Source of the DNA: an uncultured delta proteobacterium
Lineage (GTDB): Bacteria; Desulfobacterota; Desulfobacteria; Desulfobacterales; Desulfatirhabdiaceae
Direction: 5' to 3'
Assembly (NCBI GenBank): GCA_963789395.1
Contig: CAWBKP010000022.1
Coordinates: 333,455 to 397,454 of the forward strand
Length of the DNA: 64,000 bases
In this document: positions 29,565-40,953 of the stretch, piece by piece
Numbering within the stretch: the stretch's first letter is position 1
Layout: each line of letters opens with the position of its first letter
Notes under the pieces: model-generated
What the model was told of the DNA's origin: nothing
Seen by the model: only the letters and a program-made list of their open reading frames with translations
Databases searched by the model: none
Translations under genes and position numbers: made by a program

Positions 29565-30765
29565 ATGTCCATACCACTTTCAGACATCGTCGTCATCGGC
29601 GCGGTCAGAACCCCCATGGGCCGTTTCGGCGGCACCATCAAGGATGTTCCCTCATATGATCTGGGGGCTGCGGCCATCCGCGAGGCGCTTCGAAGGGCCG
29701 GAATTCAGGGCAGTGATGTATCGGAAGTCATCTACGGTTCCTGCCGCCAGGCCGGAAACGGCCCGAATCCTTCCCGGACCGCCAGCTTAAAGGCCGGCAT
29801 CCCCATTCACATTTCCACCAACACCATCAACATGGCCTGCCCCTCGGGCATGAAATGCGTTCACCTGGCAACTGAGGCCCTTCGCCTGGAAGACAGCGAG
29901 ATCGTGGTTGCAGGCGGTATGGATTCCATGAGCACGATTCCCTATCTGCTGAAAGGCGTCAGGTGGCAGGGATTCCGGATGGGCCCGAAAACCATCGAAG
30001 ATGGCTGGAGCGACTCCATAGACCCCACCACCGGCCAGGGAATGGGTGACACGGCGGAAAATCTGGTTGAAAAATACGGACTGAAACGCGAAGATCTCGA
30101 TCAATTTGCCGTATCCAGCCACCTGAAAGCGGCCCGTGCTCAGAAAGGAAGGCCTTTTCGATGAAGAAATCGTATCGATTGAAGTGCCTGCAGCCAGTAA
30201 AAAAGATGCGCCGGGGATTTTTGCCAAGGATGAGACCATCCGATACGATGCCAGCGCCGCACAGATGGCCAAACTGTCGTCGTCGTTTCGAAAGGGCGGA
30301 TGCGTCACCGCCGGCAATTCCTGCGGCCTGAGCGACGGGGCCTGCGCGGTTGTGGTTACCACACGGGAAAGGGCAAAGGCCATGGGCGCAAAGCCCCTGT
30401 TTTCGTTTGTCAGCTTCGCCCAGGCGGCGGTTGAGCCATCAACCATGGGCGAAGGACCCGGCGTTGTCATTCCCATTGCGCTTAAAAAAGCAGGTATGAC
30501 CCTCGGCGACATGGATTTGTTTGAAATCAATGAAGCCTTTGCCGCGCAGGTGCTGACCAACATCCAGACCCTGAATCTGGATACCGCCAAACTCAACATT
30601 CATGGCGGCGCCATTGCCCTGGGGCACCCAACGGGCATCAGCGGATGCCGGATTCTGATCACCGGATACCATGCGCTGAAAACAATGGACAAGGAAATGC
30701 TTTGTGCTTCCATCTGCGGCGGCGGCGGAGTCACCACGGCCATGATCATCCGCAGAGAGCTATAA
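29565..30765 (+). CDS. Acetyl-CoA C-acyltransferase (thiolase), one extra base near 30145
   Basis: AVRTPMG, NMACPSG, NEAFAAQ, GGAIALGHPTG, CGGGG spread over two frames. Confidence 0.88.
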
Positions 30766-30787
30766 CGGGTTAGAAAGGAGGCCAACT

Positions 30788-31558
30788 ATGACAGATTCTC
30801 AAACCATCCGGACCAGTTATGCCGATGGCGTTGCCCGCCTGACATTTGCCAGGCCCAAACACAATGTGTTCAATATCGCGATGATGCAGGAGTTCAATGC
30901 GGCGCTGGCATCCCTGAACGCCGAAAAGGGCCTGAAATGCGTGGTGATTCTGGGAGAAGGTCCCAGTTGGTGCGCGGGCGTGGATGTCGGGGATCACAGA
31001 CCGGAGCTGGTGGATCAGATGATCAGCACCTTCAACCAGGCGCTTCAATCGATCGAAGCCATTCCGGTTCCGACCATCGCGGCGGTTCACGGGGCCTGTC
31101 TCGGTGGCGGCATGGAATTTGCCATTGCCTGCGACATGGTGGTGGCCGCCAAAAAAGCCAAATTCGGCCAACCCGAGGTGAAGCTGGGTTTTTTCCCGCC
31201 CTATGCGGCCATCCGGCTGCCTGCCCTGGTGGGCCCTGCCAAAACAATCGAAATCTGCGCTACCGGCAGAACCTATTCCGCGGATGATGCGGTTGCCATG
31301 GGGTTTGTCGGTCGCGCAGTTGAAGACGAACTGTTTGATTCGGAAATTTCAAAACTTGTCGGAGAAATCCAGACCAGCAGCCCCCTGATTCTCCGTTTAA
31401 CCAAACAGGCGGTCAAAATGCATCTCGGCATGAATTTTTCCGCAGCCCTCGACAGCGTCAGCGATCTTTTCCTCAATACCCTGATGAAAACTGAAGATAC
31501 CCTGGAAGGTATCGCCAGTTTTTATGAAAAACGAAAAGCCGTGTGGAAAAACAAATAA
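30788..31558 (+). CDS. dch: Enoyl-CoA hydratase, likely cyclohexa-1,5-dienecarbonyl-CoA hydratase (Dch/BamR)
   Basis: RPKHNVFN, CAGVDVGDH, CLGGGMEFA, FGQPEVKLGFFPP; clustered with oah and had. Confidence 0.75.
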   Translation: MTDSQTIRTSYADGVARLTFARPKHNVFNIAMMQEFNAALASLNAEKGLKCVVILGEGPSWCAGVDVGDHRPELVDQMISTFNQALQSIEAIPVPTIAAVHGACLGGGMEFAIACDMVVAAKKAKFGQPEVKLGFFPPYAAIRLPALVGPAKTIEICATGRTYSADDAVAMGFVGRAVEDELFDSEISKLVGEIQTSSPLILRLTKQAVKMHLGMNFSAALDSVSDLFLNTLMKTEDTLEGIASFYEKRKAVWKNK

Positions 31559-31637
31559 ATTGGGGATAAAGGGTGACGGGCAACAGGTTGACGGCCCGTC
31601 ACCTGTCACGCTCCACAGCATTCCCTTGGAGGCCATA

Positions 31638-33678
31638 ATGTCACAGATTCAAAAAATCGGCGTCATCGGCGCAGGTAACATGGGCAGCGGTATTGCCCAG
31701 AAGATTGCACAGGAAGGCATCCCTGTGGTCATGATCGACACCAAAGACGAATTCGTCCAAAAAGGGCTCGATACGATCCGGCGTTTGCTCCAGGAAGGTG
31801 TGGAACGCAAACTGTTCAAGCCCGAAAAAGTAGCGGAAATCCTGTCCCGAATTACGGCAACAACCGATTTTGAAGCGGTGCGTGACGCCGATCTGGTCAT
31901 TGAGGCTGTTTTTGAAGACAAAGCCGTTAAAACCCAGCTTTTTAAGAAACTGGACGCCGTCTGCTCGGAGAAAACGATTCTGGCAACCAATACTTCAAGC
32001 TTTTATGTTCGGGAATTTGCCGAACAGATTTCGCGGCCGGACCGGTTTATCGGTCTGCATTATTTCTTTCATCCGGCAAAAAACCGACTACTGGAAATCA
32101 TCCCCCATGCGGGGACCAGTTCTGAAACAATTGAAAAATCGATGCTGGCTGCCAAGCTTCACGGCAAAACGTCTATTCTCGTAAAAGATGCTCCGGGGTT
32201 TGCCGTCAACCGGTTTTTTGTGCCGTTTTTGAATGAAGCGGTCAGAATTCTGGAAGAAGGGCTTGCCGACATCCCGACCATCGAGGATGCTTCCAAGCGG
32301 GCGTTTAAAATCGGTATGGGGCCTTTTCAGCTGATGAACGTCACCGGAATTCCCATTGCCGTGCATGCGGCCACAACCCTGGGCAACGAGCTCGGGCCGT
32401 TTTATGCGCCCTGCGCTGCGCTGAAAGCGCAAATGGAAAAAAAGCAGAACTGGAACCTGGATGGGAATGTGGATGAATCCAGGATTCAGGCCGTGACCGA
32501 CCGGATGTACGGGGTCTGTCTCGGCGTATCCGCGGCCCTGGTGGATGAAGGGGTCGCGTCCATCGAGGATACGGATCGCGGCGCCAAAATAGGGCTGAGG
32601 TGGACATTGGGGCCATTTGAAATCATGAATCGGATCGGCATTGATAAGACCCATGCCGTGGTTCAGACCATCAGCGAAAAATACCCCGATTTCACAATGC
32701 CAAAGCTCCTGGAAGTGCAGAAAAAAACCGGGAAACCCTTTGATTTTAATTTTGTCGATGTTACGGTGAAAGACGGCATTGCAACCATTACCCTGAACCG
32801 TCCGGAAGCCATGAACGCCCTCAATGAGCAGGTCGTGGCCCAGCTGGGAGGAGCGGTTTACAGAAGCTGAAAAACGGCCGGATGTCCGGGCAATCGTCAT
32901 TCAAGGGGCGGGAAAAGCCTTTGTGGCAGGCGCCGACATCCGCTATTTCGTCAACAAAATCAAGGCCGACCGGATTCCGGACATTGTCGCGTTTACCCGC
33001 AAAGGTCACGACGTTTTCCTGAAGATTGAAAATTCGCCCAAGCTTACCATTGCCCTTCTGGATGGCCTTTCCCTTGGCGGCGGCAGTGAACTGGCTCTGG
33101 CCTGTCAGGCCATTGTGGCCACAACCGCCGGTTCCATGGCCTTTCCGGAAACCGGGATCGGCATTTTCCCCGGCCTGGGAGGCATGCTGCGACTGACCCG
33201 CCAGGTGGGGCCCGAGCTGGCCAAGTATTATGTCTTTACCGGTGCGTCCATCAGCGCACAGGATGCAAAAGATTTGGGTATTATTCAGAAACTGGTGGAC
33301 CCCGCGGATATTCCGGCTGCCATTCAGGCCCTGGTTTCAGAAGGCAGGCCGGATAAATACCGGTCCCGGATTCTTCCGGACAAATTCAAACCGCTTGCGG
33401 ACATGTTTACGCTAAATCGCGTTGGTTCCTGGCTGGCGGGAAAAATCCCGGAGGGCGTATCTGCTGACAGCGGGGCTAAGACGCTGAAAACCATCGGATT
33501 CAAAGCGCCGGTGGCCCTTAGGATTTCAGCGGAAATCATCGATCTGCAAATGGGAAAATCCATGACGGATGCGGTTGAAATCGAACTGGGCAATCTGTCT
33601 GCGATTTTTTCCACGGCCGATGCTCTGGAAGGACTGTCAACAGCGGGCCGGAAACGGCCGGAATTCAAGGGCGTTTGA
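31638..33678 (+). CDS. 3-hydroxyacyl-CoA dehydrogenase / enoyl-CoA hydratase fusion, one extra G near 32847
   Basis: GAGNMGSG, EAVFE, TNTSS, GLHYF, then LNRPEAMNALN / AFVAGADI / LGGGSEL crotonase motifs. Confidence 0.85.
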
Positions 33679-33703
33679 ATTGACGGCTCACCTTCATTCC
33701 AAA

Positions 33704-33922
33704 ATGCCGGTGGACCCTTTGGTTCTGGAAGGCTGGGAGCGCCAGAACACACTGGATGAGCCCAGGCTTTCCGAAGTGGCCGAGATGTACCGGGAAACCG
33801 GCTTTGAAGTGCGCTTCGAGCCGTTTGACCCGGAGAAAGAAACCGGATGCACGGAATGCATGAAGGCATCTGCCGATAAATACAAGACCATTTATACACG
33901 GAGAATACAGGCTGAAGACTGA
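33704..33922 (+). CDS. Small hypothetical protein with CxxC
   Basis: GWERQNTLDEPRLSEVAEMYRETGFEV...CTEC. Fills the gap inside the operon. Start may be TTG 33680. Confidence 0.6.
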   Translation: MPVDPLVLEGWERQNTLDEPRLSEVAEMYRETGFEVRFEPFDPEKETGCTECMKASADKYKTIYTRRIQAED

Positions 33923-34009
33923 AAGCCGAAGATTGAAGTCAGATCGCTTCAAGTTTTCGCTTTCAAGAGTGGATGCGCTGAATTCTCTATCGCAAGGAGA
34001 GTTGATGAT

Positions 34010-35081
34010 ATGAGTATGATATCCTGGCAAATGACAGAAGTGAATAAGCCCATCGTAAAAATTGAATCCCCGACTGCCAACACCGGGGCAGGGTGAAGTA
34101 CTTCTTAGAGTGGCCGGATGCGGTGTCTGCCATACCGATCTTGGCTTTTTCTATGACGGCGTGCGGACCAAATCCGCCCTGCCGCTGACCCTGGGCCACG
34201 AAATCAGCGGGTTTGTTGAAACCACAGGTCCCGGAGCCGAAGGCTGGAAGCAGAAAGCGGTTATTGTTCCGGCAGTCATGCCCTGCGGTGGATGCGATGT
34301 CTGCGACAGAGAGCTCGGAAATATCTGCCCGACGCAGAAAATGCCCGGAAACGATATTCAGGGCGGATTCGCCAGCCACATACTGGTTCCGGCAGCTCAG
34401 CTCTGCGAGGTTCCGGTAAATGTGGACGGAAAACCCATGGGACAGGCCGATGTTTCTCTGGCTGAGATATCCGTGATTGCCGACGCCCTGACCACCCCAT
34501 ATCAGGCCATTGTGGAATCGGGCCTCAGCGACCAGGACACCGCCATTTTTATCGGCGTGGGCGGAGTCGGGGGGTTTGGTGCTCAGATTGCCAAGACGTT
34601 CGGTGCCACCGTTATTGCCATCGATGTGGATTCGGCCAAGCTGGAAGCCCTGTCACCCTATGTTGACGCCACATTCAACGCCCGGGAAATGGCTTTTAAA
34701 GATCTTCGCAAGGCTGTTTCCGATTTTGTGAAAAGCAAGGGCAGGCGGCGAACGGAATGGAAAATTTTCGAAACCTCCGGAACCGCGGCAGGCCAGAAAA
34801 CCGCCTTCGGGCTCCTGGTTCACGGCGCCTCCCTTGCGGTAGTCGGCTTTACCATGGATACCGTGGATATCCGGCTGTCCAATCTCATGGCTTTTCACGC
34901 ATCAGCCAGAGGAAGCTGGGGCTGCATTCCCAGATATTACCCGGCTGTTTTAAACCTTGTTCTGTCGGACAAGGTGAAAATCAAGCCGTTTGTCAAATGC
35001 TTTCCGCTGTCTGAAATCAACACGGTGTTTGAAATGGTTCACAGCCGGAAAATCCAGCAGCGGCCTGTTCTGGTTCCGTAA
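34010..35081 (+). CDS. had: 6-hydroxycyclohex-1-ene-1-carbonyl-CoA dehydrogenase (Had/BamQ), one extra base near 34070
   Basis: AAGGAG RBS + MSMISWQMTEVNKP; GCGVCHTD, LGHEISG, QKMPGNDIQGGFASH, RLSNLMAFHA..GSWGC. Confidence 0.88.
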
Positions 35082-35108
35082 TCGCTTGCCGGACACCATG
35101 AATATTTA

Positions 35109-35166
35109 TTACCTGAACCGAAAGCCGGTTCAGGTAAAATTCAAATATCGAAATCCGAAATTCTAA
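35109..35166 (+). repeat. Hairpin+heptamer repeat, copy 3
   Basis: 12-bp stem TTACCTGAACCG-AAAGC-CGGTTCAGGTAA then AATTCAAATATCGAAATCCGAAATTCTAA. Confidence 0.7.
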
Positions 35167-35176
35167 GGAACGAAAT

Positions 35177-37027
35177 ATGCATAAACTCCTGACCGACCAA
35201 CCCGGCGCAACCATGGTGCTGCTGGGAAACGAAGCCATTGCCCGGGGAGCCATCGAGGCCGGTGTAGCGGTTGCCACTACCTATCCCGGCACGCCGTCCT
35301 CGGAAATCTCCCTGAATTTTTTTCAGATATCCCAGGAATCAAGCCTGTATTTCGAATACAGCACCAATGAAAAAGTTTCCCTGGAAGTGGCTGCGGCAAC
35401 GGCCAATTCCGGGGTTCGCAGCATGTGCGTCATGAAACACGTGGGCCTGAATGTGGCGGCAGACGCCCTGATGACCCTTGCCTATGTCGGGGTCAAGGGC
35501 GGCCTGGTGATTCTGACCGCGGACGATCCCTTCATGTTCTCCAGCCAGAACGAGCAGGACAACCGGTATTACGGCAAGCTCTCGGGGCTTCCGGTCCTGG
35601 AGCCGTCCTCGGTTGAAGAGGCCAAGAACATGATTCCCTATGCCTTTGAACTTTCCGAAGCCCTGCAGGAACCCGTGATTTTCCGCACGACGACCCGGAT
35701 CAATCATTCGACGGCGCCTGTCACTCTGGGAAAGATCCGAGAGCGGGTTTGCAAGGGGGATTTTGCCAAGGATCCGCTTAATTATGTTACGGTTCCGGCC
35801 ATTTCCCGAAAACTTCACGTCAAACTTCTGGCCAATCTGGACAAGGCGGCCGAGCACTCTGAAACATCCCCCTACAATTTTGTGTCTGGAAACGGGCCCT
35901 GGGGACTGGTCTGCAACGGCGTCAGCTATGCCTATCTGACCGATGCCGTCCGGGATCTCGGCATCGGGGATAAGGTCAGCATCCTTCGTATCGGGTTTTC
36001 AAATCCCATGCCCGAAAAGATGATCAAGGCATTTCTGGCAACCTGTGAAAAAGTGCTGGTCATTGAAGAAGGCGAACCCTTTATGGAAGAGGCCATCAAA
36101 GCCTTTGCCCAGGAAGCCGCTTTCACCCTCCCGATCCGCGGCAAGGGAAAAGAACTGTTTTCAAGGCTATATGAATTCAACCCCCGGCTCGTCCGTCAGG
36201 TCGTGGCGGCCTATTTTGGCGTAGACGTTGCGGCGCCAGCCCTGCTGGATCTCTCCGATGTTCCGGAAATTCCCCAGCGGCCGCCCAATCTCTGCGCCGG
36301 ATGTTCCCATCGGGCCACGTTCTATGCGGTGAAAAAAGCCGCGGAAGGCATGCAGACCATTTACCCGACGGATATCGGCTGCTATACGCTGGGGTTTATG
36401 CCCCCGCTTTCCATGGGCGATTTTCTGATCTGCATGGGATCATCCGTCGGCACTTCCTGCGGGTTCTCGAAAGTCACGGACAAAAAAGTGGTTTCCTTTA
36501 TTGGAGACTCCACGTTTTTCCATTCCGGTATGCCCGGTTTGGCCAATGCGGTCTTCAACAACCACAATTTCACTTTTGTGATTCTGGATAACGGCATTAC
36601 GGCCATGACCGGCCATCAGCCCAATCCCGGCGTGGATATGGGGCTGATGAACCTTTCGGGATACGGACGGATCTCCATCGAAGCCGTTGTCCGGGCGCTT
36701 GGCGTTACCCATGTTTCGATCATTCAGCCCTACAAGGTGAAAAAGAGCATTGAAGCGCTCCGGGAAGCTTTCGAATTTAAAGGGGTATCTGTCGTGATCG
36801 CCCAGGAAATGTGCACGCTCTATGCCAAAGGGCATAAAAAAACCAAGTCCCGGGCCTATTATGTCAGCGACAAATGCCGGAATCACCGCGACTGTATCAG
36901 CCAACTGGCCTGTCCTGCCTTTTATCTGGATGCTGAAAAGGTTAAGATCGATCCGGTCATGTGTGCCGGATGTGCGGTATGCGCCCAGATCTGTCCGGAA
37001 AACGCCATCCTGCCTGTAAAGGCTTGA
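35177..37027 (+). CDS. iorA: Indolepyruvate:ferredoxin oxidoreductase alpha subunit
   Basis: LLGNEAIARG, YPGTPSSEI, MKHVGLNVA, SSQNEQD, RPPNLCAGCSHR, GDSTFFHSG, C-terminal ferredoxin CxxCxxCxxxCP. Confidence 0.93.
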   Translation: MHKLLTDQPGATMVLLGNEAIARGAIEAGVAVATTYPGTPSSEISLNFFQISQESSLYFEYSTNEKVSLEVAAATANSGVRSMCVMKHVGLNVAADALMTLAYVGVKGGLVILTADDPFMFSSQNEQDNRYYGKLSGLPVLEPSSVEEAKNMIPYAFELSEALQEPVIFRTTTRINHSTAPVTLGKIRERVCKGDFAKDPLNYVTVPAISRKLHVKLLANLDKAAEHSETSPYNFVSGNGPWGLVCNGVSYAYLTDAVRDLGIGDKVSILRIGFSNPMPEKMIKAFLATCEKVLVIEEGEPFMEEAIKAFAQEAAFTLPIRGKGKELFSRLYEFNPRLVRQVVAAYFGVDVAAPALLDLSDVPEIPQRPPNLCAGCSHRATFYAVKKAAEGMQTIYPTDIGCYTLGFMPPLSMGDFLICMGSSVGTSCGFSKVTDKKVVSFIGDSTFFHSGMPGLANAVFNNHNFTFVILDNGITAMTGHQPNPGVDMGLMNLSGYGRISIEAVVRALGVTHVSIIQPYKVKKSIEALREAFEFKGVSVVIAQEMCTLYAKGHKKTKSRAYYVSDKCRNHRDCISQLACPAFYLDAEKVKIDPVMCAGCAVCAQICPENAILPVKA

Positions 37028-37063
37028 CCATATGTTTCATTCAACTGTAAAGGAATTGTCAAC

Positions 37064-37660
37064 ATGTCAGACATTACGCGATTAATACTCGTGGCCGTCG
37101 GGGGGCAGGGAAACCTTCTGGCGTCCAGCGTCCTGGGAGAAGCAGCCCTGCTGGCCGGAATTCCCCTTCGGATGAGCGAAATTCACGGAATGGCACAGCG
37201 GGGCGGCGTCGTGGAATCCGCGCTGGTGTTCGGAAACGCCCAGAGCACGATCATCTCCGATGGTGAGGCCGATGTTCTGGTGGGATTTGAACCTTCGGAA
37301 ACCCTTCGCGCCCTGAACAAATGCAATGCCAAGAGCGTTGTCATCACCAACCTTTCCCCGCTTCCACCCTTTACCGTGGGCATCGGCAAAGGGGTGTATC
37401 CGGATATTGCAAAGCTTCAGGAATTGATCCGCGCCAAAACGTCCCGGCTCATCGCCCTGAACGCCGTGGACCTGGCAAAAACTGCGGGAAACGTCCTGTC
37501 GGTAAACATGGTTCTTCTGGGCGCGCTGATTCAGACCGGCATCCTGCCGGTTACCGCTGATAACGTCAAAACGGCAATCCGGACCAAAACCAAAGCCGCA
37601 TTTGTGGATATTAACATCAAAGCCCTTGATCTGGGTTTTGAAGCTGCTTCCAGGCAATAA
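37064..37660 (+). CDS. iorB: Indolepyruvate:ferredoxin oxidoreductase beta subunit
   Basis: VGGQG, SEIHGMAQRGG, NMVLLGA. Confidence 0.92.
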   Translation: MSDITRLILVAVGGQGNLLASSVLGEAALLAGIPLRMSEIHGMAQRGGVVESALVFGNAQSTIISDGEADVLVGFEPSETLRALNKCNAKSVVITNLSPLPPFTVGIGKGVYPDIAKLQELIRAKTSRLIALNAVDLAKTAGNVLSVNMVLLGALIQTGILPVTADNVKTAIRTKTKAAFVDINIKALDLGFEAASRQ

Positions 37661-37700
37661 CCCCGAAACGATCACATTTACTGAAACTGGATCCATTTCC

Positions 37701-37736
37701 AAGACCAGGATGCTAAAAAACATCCTGGTCTTTTTT
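37701..37736. terminator. Intrinsic terminator between convergent genes
   Basis: AAGACCAGGATG-N8-CATCCTGGTCTT followed by a T-run. Confidence 0.7.
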
Positions 37737-37757
37737 ATGCGCCTAAACGCCGAAAAA

Positions 37758-38882
37758 CTAAAGTTCCCAGGGGGTTGCATCGCCGGATTTGAACTTGGCG
37801 GGCATTTTGAACTTGCCGGCAGTCACCGCCATTTTCACCAGCCTCAGGGTCTCGTCCCATCCCTTTTCGTTCATCAAGGTGAACGGTCCTTTTGGCCAGG
37901 CCAGAGACGTGCAGACACCCAGTTCCAGGTCTTTGACCGAAACCACGCCTTTTTCGATCAGATGGGCGGAGATGCAGAATATGGAACCCAGCAACAGGTC
38001 GCCTACGGCGCTGCGCGCGGCCGGATCTTCCAGAATGGGGCCGTCGTTCAGGTCCCACACCTTTCCACTCTCAAAATAGGTCTTTAACTGTTCCGGAACC
38101 GGCGGGAATCCGATATCCGAATCTGCCAGGTATTCTACCATGGAAACACCGGCATGGTAAGCTGTGCCCAGGCCCGACCCGCTTTGTACCCACATGATGC
38201 CGTATTTGACGCCCAGAACCTTTTGGGAGATATTCTCAAGCGTTGCCGCATTGTATGTGTCACCCAAAAATGAGTCGAGGACCAGGTAGCTGGTGATAAA
38301 GATTGGATTGATGGCGAAACCCGGAAAATCCATTACCGTAATCGGAACCTTTTTATTCTGCTTTGAAAAGGCCATGAGTGCCTCGTAGGTTTCATTACTG
38401 GTCTTTTTCTGGCGGATCACTTCAACCAGACGGTTGACGTTGGCCGGGAAAAAATAGTGCAGGCCGGCGGTCCGCTCCGGATTGGCCACTTTTTCCATGA
38501 GTTTTTCAATCAGAAATGTCGACGTATTGCTCACGATAATGGTGTCTTTGGGCACCACCTTGGACAGTTCTCCGAAAATTTGAATCTTCAGATCCATTTT
38601 TTCAATGGCTGCCTCGATGATCAGATCACACACAGCCATGTCTTCGAATTTGGAAGAGCCGCTGATCATTCCGCAAATGTTATCCATATCCGCCTGCGTC
38701 ATCTTCCCCAGGGACACCCTTTTGGCCAGTGCCTTCAGCACAAACTTGTCGTACATGGACGTGACCAGATCGTCGTTGAGTTCCTTGAATACGACTTTAT
38801 ACCCGTTGGTTGCAGCATTGAGGCCGATGGCGGCCCCCATCACACCAAAACCTATGATTCCCACCGTCTTGATTTCCTTCAT
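37758..38882 (-). CDS. 3-hydroxyacyl-CoA dehydrogenase
   Basis: GFGVMG, IEAAIE, SNTST, GLHYFFPA; GGAG RBS. Confidence 0.88.
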   Translation of the reverse strand: MKEIKTVGIIGFGVMGAAIGLNAATNGYKVVFKELNDDLVTSMYDKFVLKALAKRVSLGKMTQADMDNICGMISGSSKFEDMAVCDLIIEAAIEKMDLKIQIFGELSKVVPKDTIIVSNTSTFLIEKLMEKVANPERTAGLHYFFPANVNRLVEVIRQKKTSNETYEALMAFSKQNKKVPITVMDFPGFAINPIFITSYLVLDSFLGDTYNAATLENISQKVLGVKYGIMWVQSGSGLGTAYHAGVSMVEYLADSDIGFPPVPEQLKTYFESGKVWDLNDGPILEDPAARSAVGDLLLGSIFCISAHLIEKGVVSVKDLELGVCTSLAWPKGPFTLMNEKGWDETLRLVKMAVTAGKFKMPAKFKSGDATPWEL

Positions 38883-39272
38883 TTCACTCCTCCTTAAGTT
38901 TATGTGAGTGTAGATAATTCATCACTAAGGGTAAGCACTGCCGTCAGTCATTGAATTGATTTAAACGTTAACTGTTAATATATTTACAATTCACCGTCAA
39001 TGTCAAATGAAAGTTGAAGAATTAGAGAATATCCCCGCTGCGATCCCCTCCACAAGAAAGATACCGGATCCATCCGACAAGGATGCTTATATGCATGAAT
39101 AAGATTCATCGTATTAGAGAATTTATTTTATTGACATTCGTATGGTTAATTCATATGGATGTACAAGCTATAAAGTGATTATAATGTGATTGATTTGATC
39201 CCAATCAACATTCACAGAAAAAGAGCTCATAGAAAGCAATAAAGACAGATTATCAATAACTGGAGGTTTCAC

Positions 39273-40853
39273 GTGAACTACTCGAAATACGCTGCGATAC
39301 ATGCCCGCCATCTTTCCGATAAAATCTGCCTTATCGAAAGAACGCCCTCAAAAGGAGAACGACGCACCCTCACATGGAAGCAATTTAATGATGCCATCAA
39401 TCGAACAGCCAATTACCTGTCCAAAGAATGCAATGTTAAAGACGGTGATTATGTCATGCATCTTCAGAATAACTCTCTGGAATGGCTGATAACCTATTAC
39501 GGCATTATTCGTCTGGGCGCGATCGTCGTCCCGCTGAATTTCAGATTTGAAGGTCCGGATATTCTGTTCGCCGCAAAAGTCTGCAATCCGGACGTATTCA
39601 TTCTGGGGTCTGAATTCCTGAAAGTGGTTCAACCCATTCAGAAGGATCTGAGCACGGTGAAAACCTATATCGGTGTGGGACGGGACGTGCCGTCGGAAAT
39701 GATAGATTACGGGCGTATCGCCGAATATCCCGATATTTCGGATGCGCTTGTGGATGTGGATGACCATCATGATCTGACGATGATGTTTACCTCCGGAACA
39801 ACCGGCAATCCCAAACCGCTGATTCACACGCATTTTTCCTTAAAAAGCACGGCAGCCGGGAATGGCATGTCATATTTCGTCCAGAAAAATGACAATTATC
39901 TATTTTTTCTGCCCCTGTATCACAGTGGGACGATGTTTTTATGGGCGCCGTTTTATGCGACCGGAGCCACCGGCACCATCATTCGTGATTTTAAGGATCC
40001 CAAAACGATTATTGAAGCAATCGCTGAGGAAAAGTGTACGGATACGCTGTTTGTCGTTCCCATTGCCATCGCCATTTTAAATGCCATCGCCGAAAAGACG
40101 CTTTGTCTATCCGACTATGATCTGTCCTCATGGAAATACCTGGAAATCGGAGCCCAGCCGGTTCCGTTTGACATCATGAAGAAACTTGTCGAGACGTTTC
40201 CGGCCAAGGTCTCCAATATTTACGGCATCACGGAAGGCGGCGGCGGCGGACTTTTCAACCTGTATTCAGAAGACGTGCTGAGGAAACCGGGCTCAATCGG
40301 AAAGCCGACCTACGGGGTTGAGGCGAAGATTATCGATTTTGATGGAAAAGAACTGCCTCCGGGACAGGTCGGAGAACTCCTTTTTTCTACGGACCGGATG
40401 ATGAAAGGCTATCACAATAATCCGGAAATGACGGCGCAGACGCTGAAAAATGGGTGGCTGCATACCGGTGATTTGTTAAAAACAGATGAAGAAGGTTTCT
40501 ATTATATCGTCGATCGCATGAAGGATATGGTGACAAGCGGCGGAGAGAATATTTTTCCGGTTGAAATCGAGGATGCGCTGATGGATCACCCGGATATCGA
40601 TGATGTCGCCTGTATCGGGTATCCGGATGCCAGACTGGTTGAAATCGTCATGGCGGTTGTGCAGCTGAAACCGGGTAAAGCCATGACTGAAGAAGAACTG
40701 ATCGCTTTTGCAAAAACAAAAATGGCTCTCTATAAAGTGCCGCGCAAAGTCATTTTCGATAGGGTTCTTCGCAGCCCGACAGGGAAGGTGATGAAACCCC
40801 AGTTACGTCAAAAATACACAGGTCGCAAGGAGGCCTTCCAGAAGCTGGACTGA
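39273..40853 (+). CDS. Acyl-CoA synthetase (AMP-binding)
   Basis: FTSGTTGNPK, YGITE, WLHTGD, SGGENIFP, PTGKVMK; GGAGG + GTG start. Confidence 0.9.
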   Translation: MNYSKYAAIHARHLSDKICLIERTPSKGERRTLTWKQFNDAINRTANYLSKECNVKDGDYVMHLQNNSLEWLITYYGIIRLGAIVVPLNFRFEGPDILFAAKVCNPDVFILGSEFLKVVQPIQKDLSTVKTYIGVGRDVPSEMIDYGRIAEYPDISDALVDVDDHHDLTMMFTSGTTGNPKPLIHTHFSLKSTAAGNGMSYFVQKNDNYLFFLPLYHSGTMFLWAPFYATGATGTIIRDFKDPKTIIEAIAEEKCTDTLFVVPIAIAILNAIAEKTLCLSDYDLSSWKYLEIGAQPVPFDIMKKLVETFPAKVSNIYGITEGGGGGLFNLYSEDVLRKPGSIGKPTYGVEAKIIDFDGKELPPGQVGELLFSTDRMMKGYHNNPEMTAQTLKNGWLHTGDLLKTDEEGFYYIVDRMKDMVTSGGENIFPVEIEDALMDHPDIDDVACIGYPDARLVEIVMAVVQLKPGKAMTEEELIAFAKTKMALYKVPRKVIFDRVLRSPTGKVMKPQLRQKYTGRKEAFQKLD

Positions 40854-40953
40854 GACTATCAAGATCTTGGGTTGACCCCGGAAAGAACCGGAAAAGGCTG
40901 GACTTGGAACATATTGAAATCGGCTCATCATTATACCTTAAAGGAGGATATCA

